Below are positions 61,180 to 64,000 of a stretch of 64,000 nt of DNA, piece by piece. The position numbers and the translations under genes were made by a program. The notes beneath the pieces are model-generated. The model saw only the letters and a list, made by a program, of their open reading frames with translations, was not told the origin of the DNA and searched no databases. The first letter of the stretch is position 1. The number at the start of each line of letters is the position of its first letter. Source of the stretch: Lepidodermella squamata (lineage: Eukaryota > Animalia > Gastrotricha); the NCBI GenBank assembly GCA_047495785.1, contig JBLDXI010000004.1:2604001-2668000 (forward strand). Reading direction: 5' to 3'.

Positions 61180-63716
61180 TTTTTCGTCAGCTAATTCCAT
61201 GTTTCGTCAGCTAATTCCAGTTTTCGTCAGAAATACCATTTTCTGTCAGAAATGACACTTTTTTACAGCTGATTTATTATTTAATTTATATTTATATTTA
61301 GTAGTGCTCAGTAGATCTATTTTCTGCCCATTTTCACGAAAAATAACGTAGGAAAATGCTGAAACCTTTTTCAAAATTATTGGCTCTATGATTTCGGATT
61401 TTAATCGCACGACTTCTAAGTAGCACATGATGACTACACGCGTTTACAGGTAGAAAATACCTATGTGTTCTCAAGGTGGCAGCCGATTTCCTAGCGCCGC
61501 ATTTAGCTTTAATTTACAATAAAGTATTGTTGGAACGCCAGATTCCAGCCGCCAGGAAATTAGCTACAGTAACGCCTTTGTTCAAAGAAGGTTCGAAAGA
61601 CCTTGTCGGGAACTATCGTCCTATTTCAATCTTATCGCCTTTATTTCGTACCTTCGAGCGCTGCCTCTCTCTTCAAATTAAGAATTATATGAAAAAGATT
61701 GATTTTCTCTCGCCCTCACAATTCGGATTTAGGAAGCACCACTCTACCGAAACTTGCTCTACCGAAACTTGCTCTACCGAAACTTGCCTAGCTAAAATGA
61801 CAAACGACTGGCGTTGCGCTCTTGACAAAGGTTTGACAATCGCGATAGTTAGCATTGACATGAGTAAAGCCTTTGACACCTTAACCACGCCTGGTATTCT
61901 GTCATCTTTACGTAGTGCAGGTTTCGACGAGCCGGCTATCGAATTATTAACTAGCTATCTTTCTAACCGCCAACAATTGACCAAAGTAAATGGAAAAATT
62001 TCGAACACAGCTGATCTTAAGTATGGAGTGCCACAGGGTTCTGTATTGGGACCTTTACTTTTCACAATTTATGTTAACGAGCTGCCACTTTCATCACTAA
62101 AATCCACCGTAATCCAATACGCCGACGATACCACCATTTATTTTGCTGCCAAAAATGATTCTGAATTGGAATCAGTACTTCAAAACGACCTTAATAATGT
62201 TATCAACTGGTTAGGCTCAAACTGTCTTAAGGTTAACGGTAAGAAATCGCAGCTCATGATAGTCTCGCTTAGTAAATCCGCCAGAAAAATTTCTATAAGT
62301 ATTAACGATAACTCGCTGGATCAAACCAACTCTATCACTCTTCTAGGCTTCATTCTCGACGAAAAACTGTTATACAGTCAGCAAATAGACAAGGCCTGTA
62401 CCAAAGCTCGCAAAGGCTTATTTGCTCTTCATCTAGCGTCTAAGAACGGACTAAACAGGAATTGCTTGAAATTAATGGCTAATGGTCTAGTTTTTTCTCA
62501 TTTACAGTATTGCGTGAAGCTTGTGACACATCTTTGAAACGATTGCAATCTCTTCAGGACAAAGCAGTGAGAATAATTATGAATGCTTCTGATTCCGCTG
62601 ACGCCTCTCCTCTTCGTGATGAATTAGAATGGCTCGACCTGCAAGGCAAGCGTAATGTACATATTGCTACTCTCATGTACCGTTTTGTTGTCGGTGACGC
62701 GCCTGTGTCCATCAAATCTATTTTTGTACTGAAGCCTCCGTCTCGCACTCGTTACTCCCAGCTCTCATTCAAAATACCGCGTATGCGTCTGGACTACGGT
62801 CAGGCCTCTCTTAGCTTCACCGGTCCTAGTCTGTTCAACACTCTACCTTTATATTTTCACTGCCCTCATCATCGCCCAATCGACATTATGAACTACACTA
62901 ACCTACCGCCAAGATGTGATTGTGGTTTCAAAATTTGTTACGATGCCTTTTCTTGCCGTCAACTTGTTTATAAATATTTTTTATCTAAACCTAATCTGAA
63001 AAAATTATAATTGTTGAATCTTTGTTGGAAATACTGATGCTGAAACGGACCGAATTGACAAGATAATCTGCTACTAATTTTTACTTCAAGCAAACTTTCT
63101 TTTCTATGAGCTCTCAACTTTGGGATTTGTGCTCTTAGATAAATAAATATGGGTATACGATTTCTACCGTATTTTTCCCGTGCCACTACGGTAAAACTAA
63201 TGTAACCAGTACCTACGTTAAAGAAATATCAACAACATATGAGTATGACGCCTTGATGTCTATAATTGAAGATGTGACTGTCTCGCCTGGAATTAACGTC
63301 GAAAAATTCACTAAAATGGTAAGGACAGTTTACGGTGAAATCTCGCGGATAAGTCTGGCCGCGCTGTTTTTGCGTTTTTGACGCGTTAAAACCGCATAAA
63401 CGTGGCTGCCGGACCGAGAAATCTATCGGGATTATGGAACTGGGGGGCACTTTTGCGAATTGTTTCTCGCGAACAAAAGGTCGAAATGGGTTCCGCTCAG
63501 GTTTAGCTAGGGTTTTATGATGGAAAACATAGCATCAGCAATATTTAAGAAATTTCAAAACATTTCCGCGCTACTTACGTGAAATTGGGAACGCTATATA
63601 ATTTAAATTATAATGGTAATTAAATTAGTAATTAAAAATTAAATTAGCTGTAAAAAAGTGTCATTTCTGACAGAAAATAATTAGCTGACAAAACATGGAA
63701 TTAGCTGACGAAAAAA
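61180..63716. repeat. Inverted arms (about 61180-61270 / about 63645-63716) enclosing the LINE insertion
   Basis: ttttttcgtcagctaattccatgttt..attttctgtcagaaatgacacttttttacagct is mirrored at the right-hand end. Confidence 0.7.
61476..63010 (+). mobile_element. 5'-truncated non-LTR retrotransposon (CR1/L2 group) reverse transcriptase, frameshifted at about 62520
   Basis: NYRPISIL, QFGFR, IDMSKAFD, GVPQGSVLGPLLF and YADD motifs. The C-terminal part continues in another frame (RLQSLQDKAVRII..LEWLDL). Confidence 0.93.
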
Positions 63717-64000
63717 CATTAACTCGTTTTCTTCACACTCGTCCACGTCAAATCGGCCGGCAGAGCATCGCCATAAATGCGATCGAACTCCTCCTCCTCT
63801 TCTTCCTGGCTAGACGACCGTTCTTCCAAGCCACCGATTGTCGAAACCATCGTAATCGGGTTGATCCGGGGGTCGTGTCGAAATAGTTGGCGCAGGCGCT
63901 CGGTAGTAGGGGAGCTGAAATAAAAAAAATTAATATGGAATAATTTAATTAAAAAATAGTGTTGCATTTGAATTCTATAAAAAAATGCAAATTTCGTTAA

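Noticed and set aside
61007-63915. Possible minus-strand exons (acidic 63725-63915; basic 61007-61167) flanking the LINE
   Set aside because: The splice phases do not match and there is no recognisable homology; left uncalled.

Overview
Intron-containing genomic DNA from an invertebrate animal (GT-AG introns down to about 50-70 nt, a Cys-loop receptor, SOCS-box and C-type lectin genes); the species cannot be identified from the sequence. The left half is gene-dense and rich in tandem duplicates. It holds a partial mucin/Cys-repeat/VWA-like gene, two small secreted prepro-peptide genes, a divergent nAChR-like pentameric channel subunit, a GH3-domain (GHDC-like) gene, a small ankyrin gene, a 4-exon secreted Cys-rich gene, two ankyrin-SOCS-box paralogs (one frameshifted) and two mucin-stalk/3-TM membrane protein paralogs. 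The right half holds two copies of a Cys-module + double C-type-lectin gene and an apparently disrupted, bacterial-type NmrA gene with introns. These sit among nested transposon relics: hAT, CACTA, MULE-like, TTAA/piggyBac-like and Merlin-like elements, gypsy, CR1/L2-group LINEs, a tRNA-derived head and several long palindromes. The best candidate for a new system is the peptide pair at 4889-6343. Both genes have toxin-like architecture (conserved signal, intron and ESAR propeptide, divergent disulfide-rich mature peptide) and lie about 850 bp upstream of an atypical nAChR-like gene. All gene models were spliced by eye and no database searches were run.
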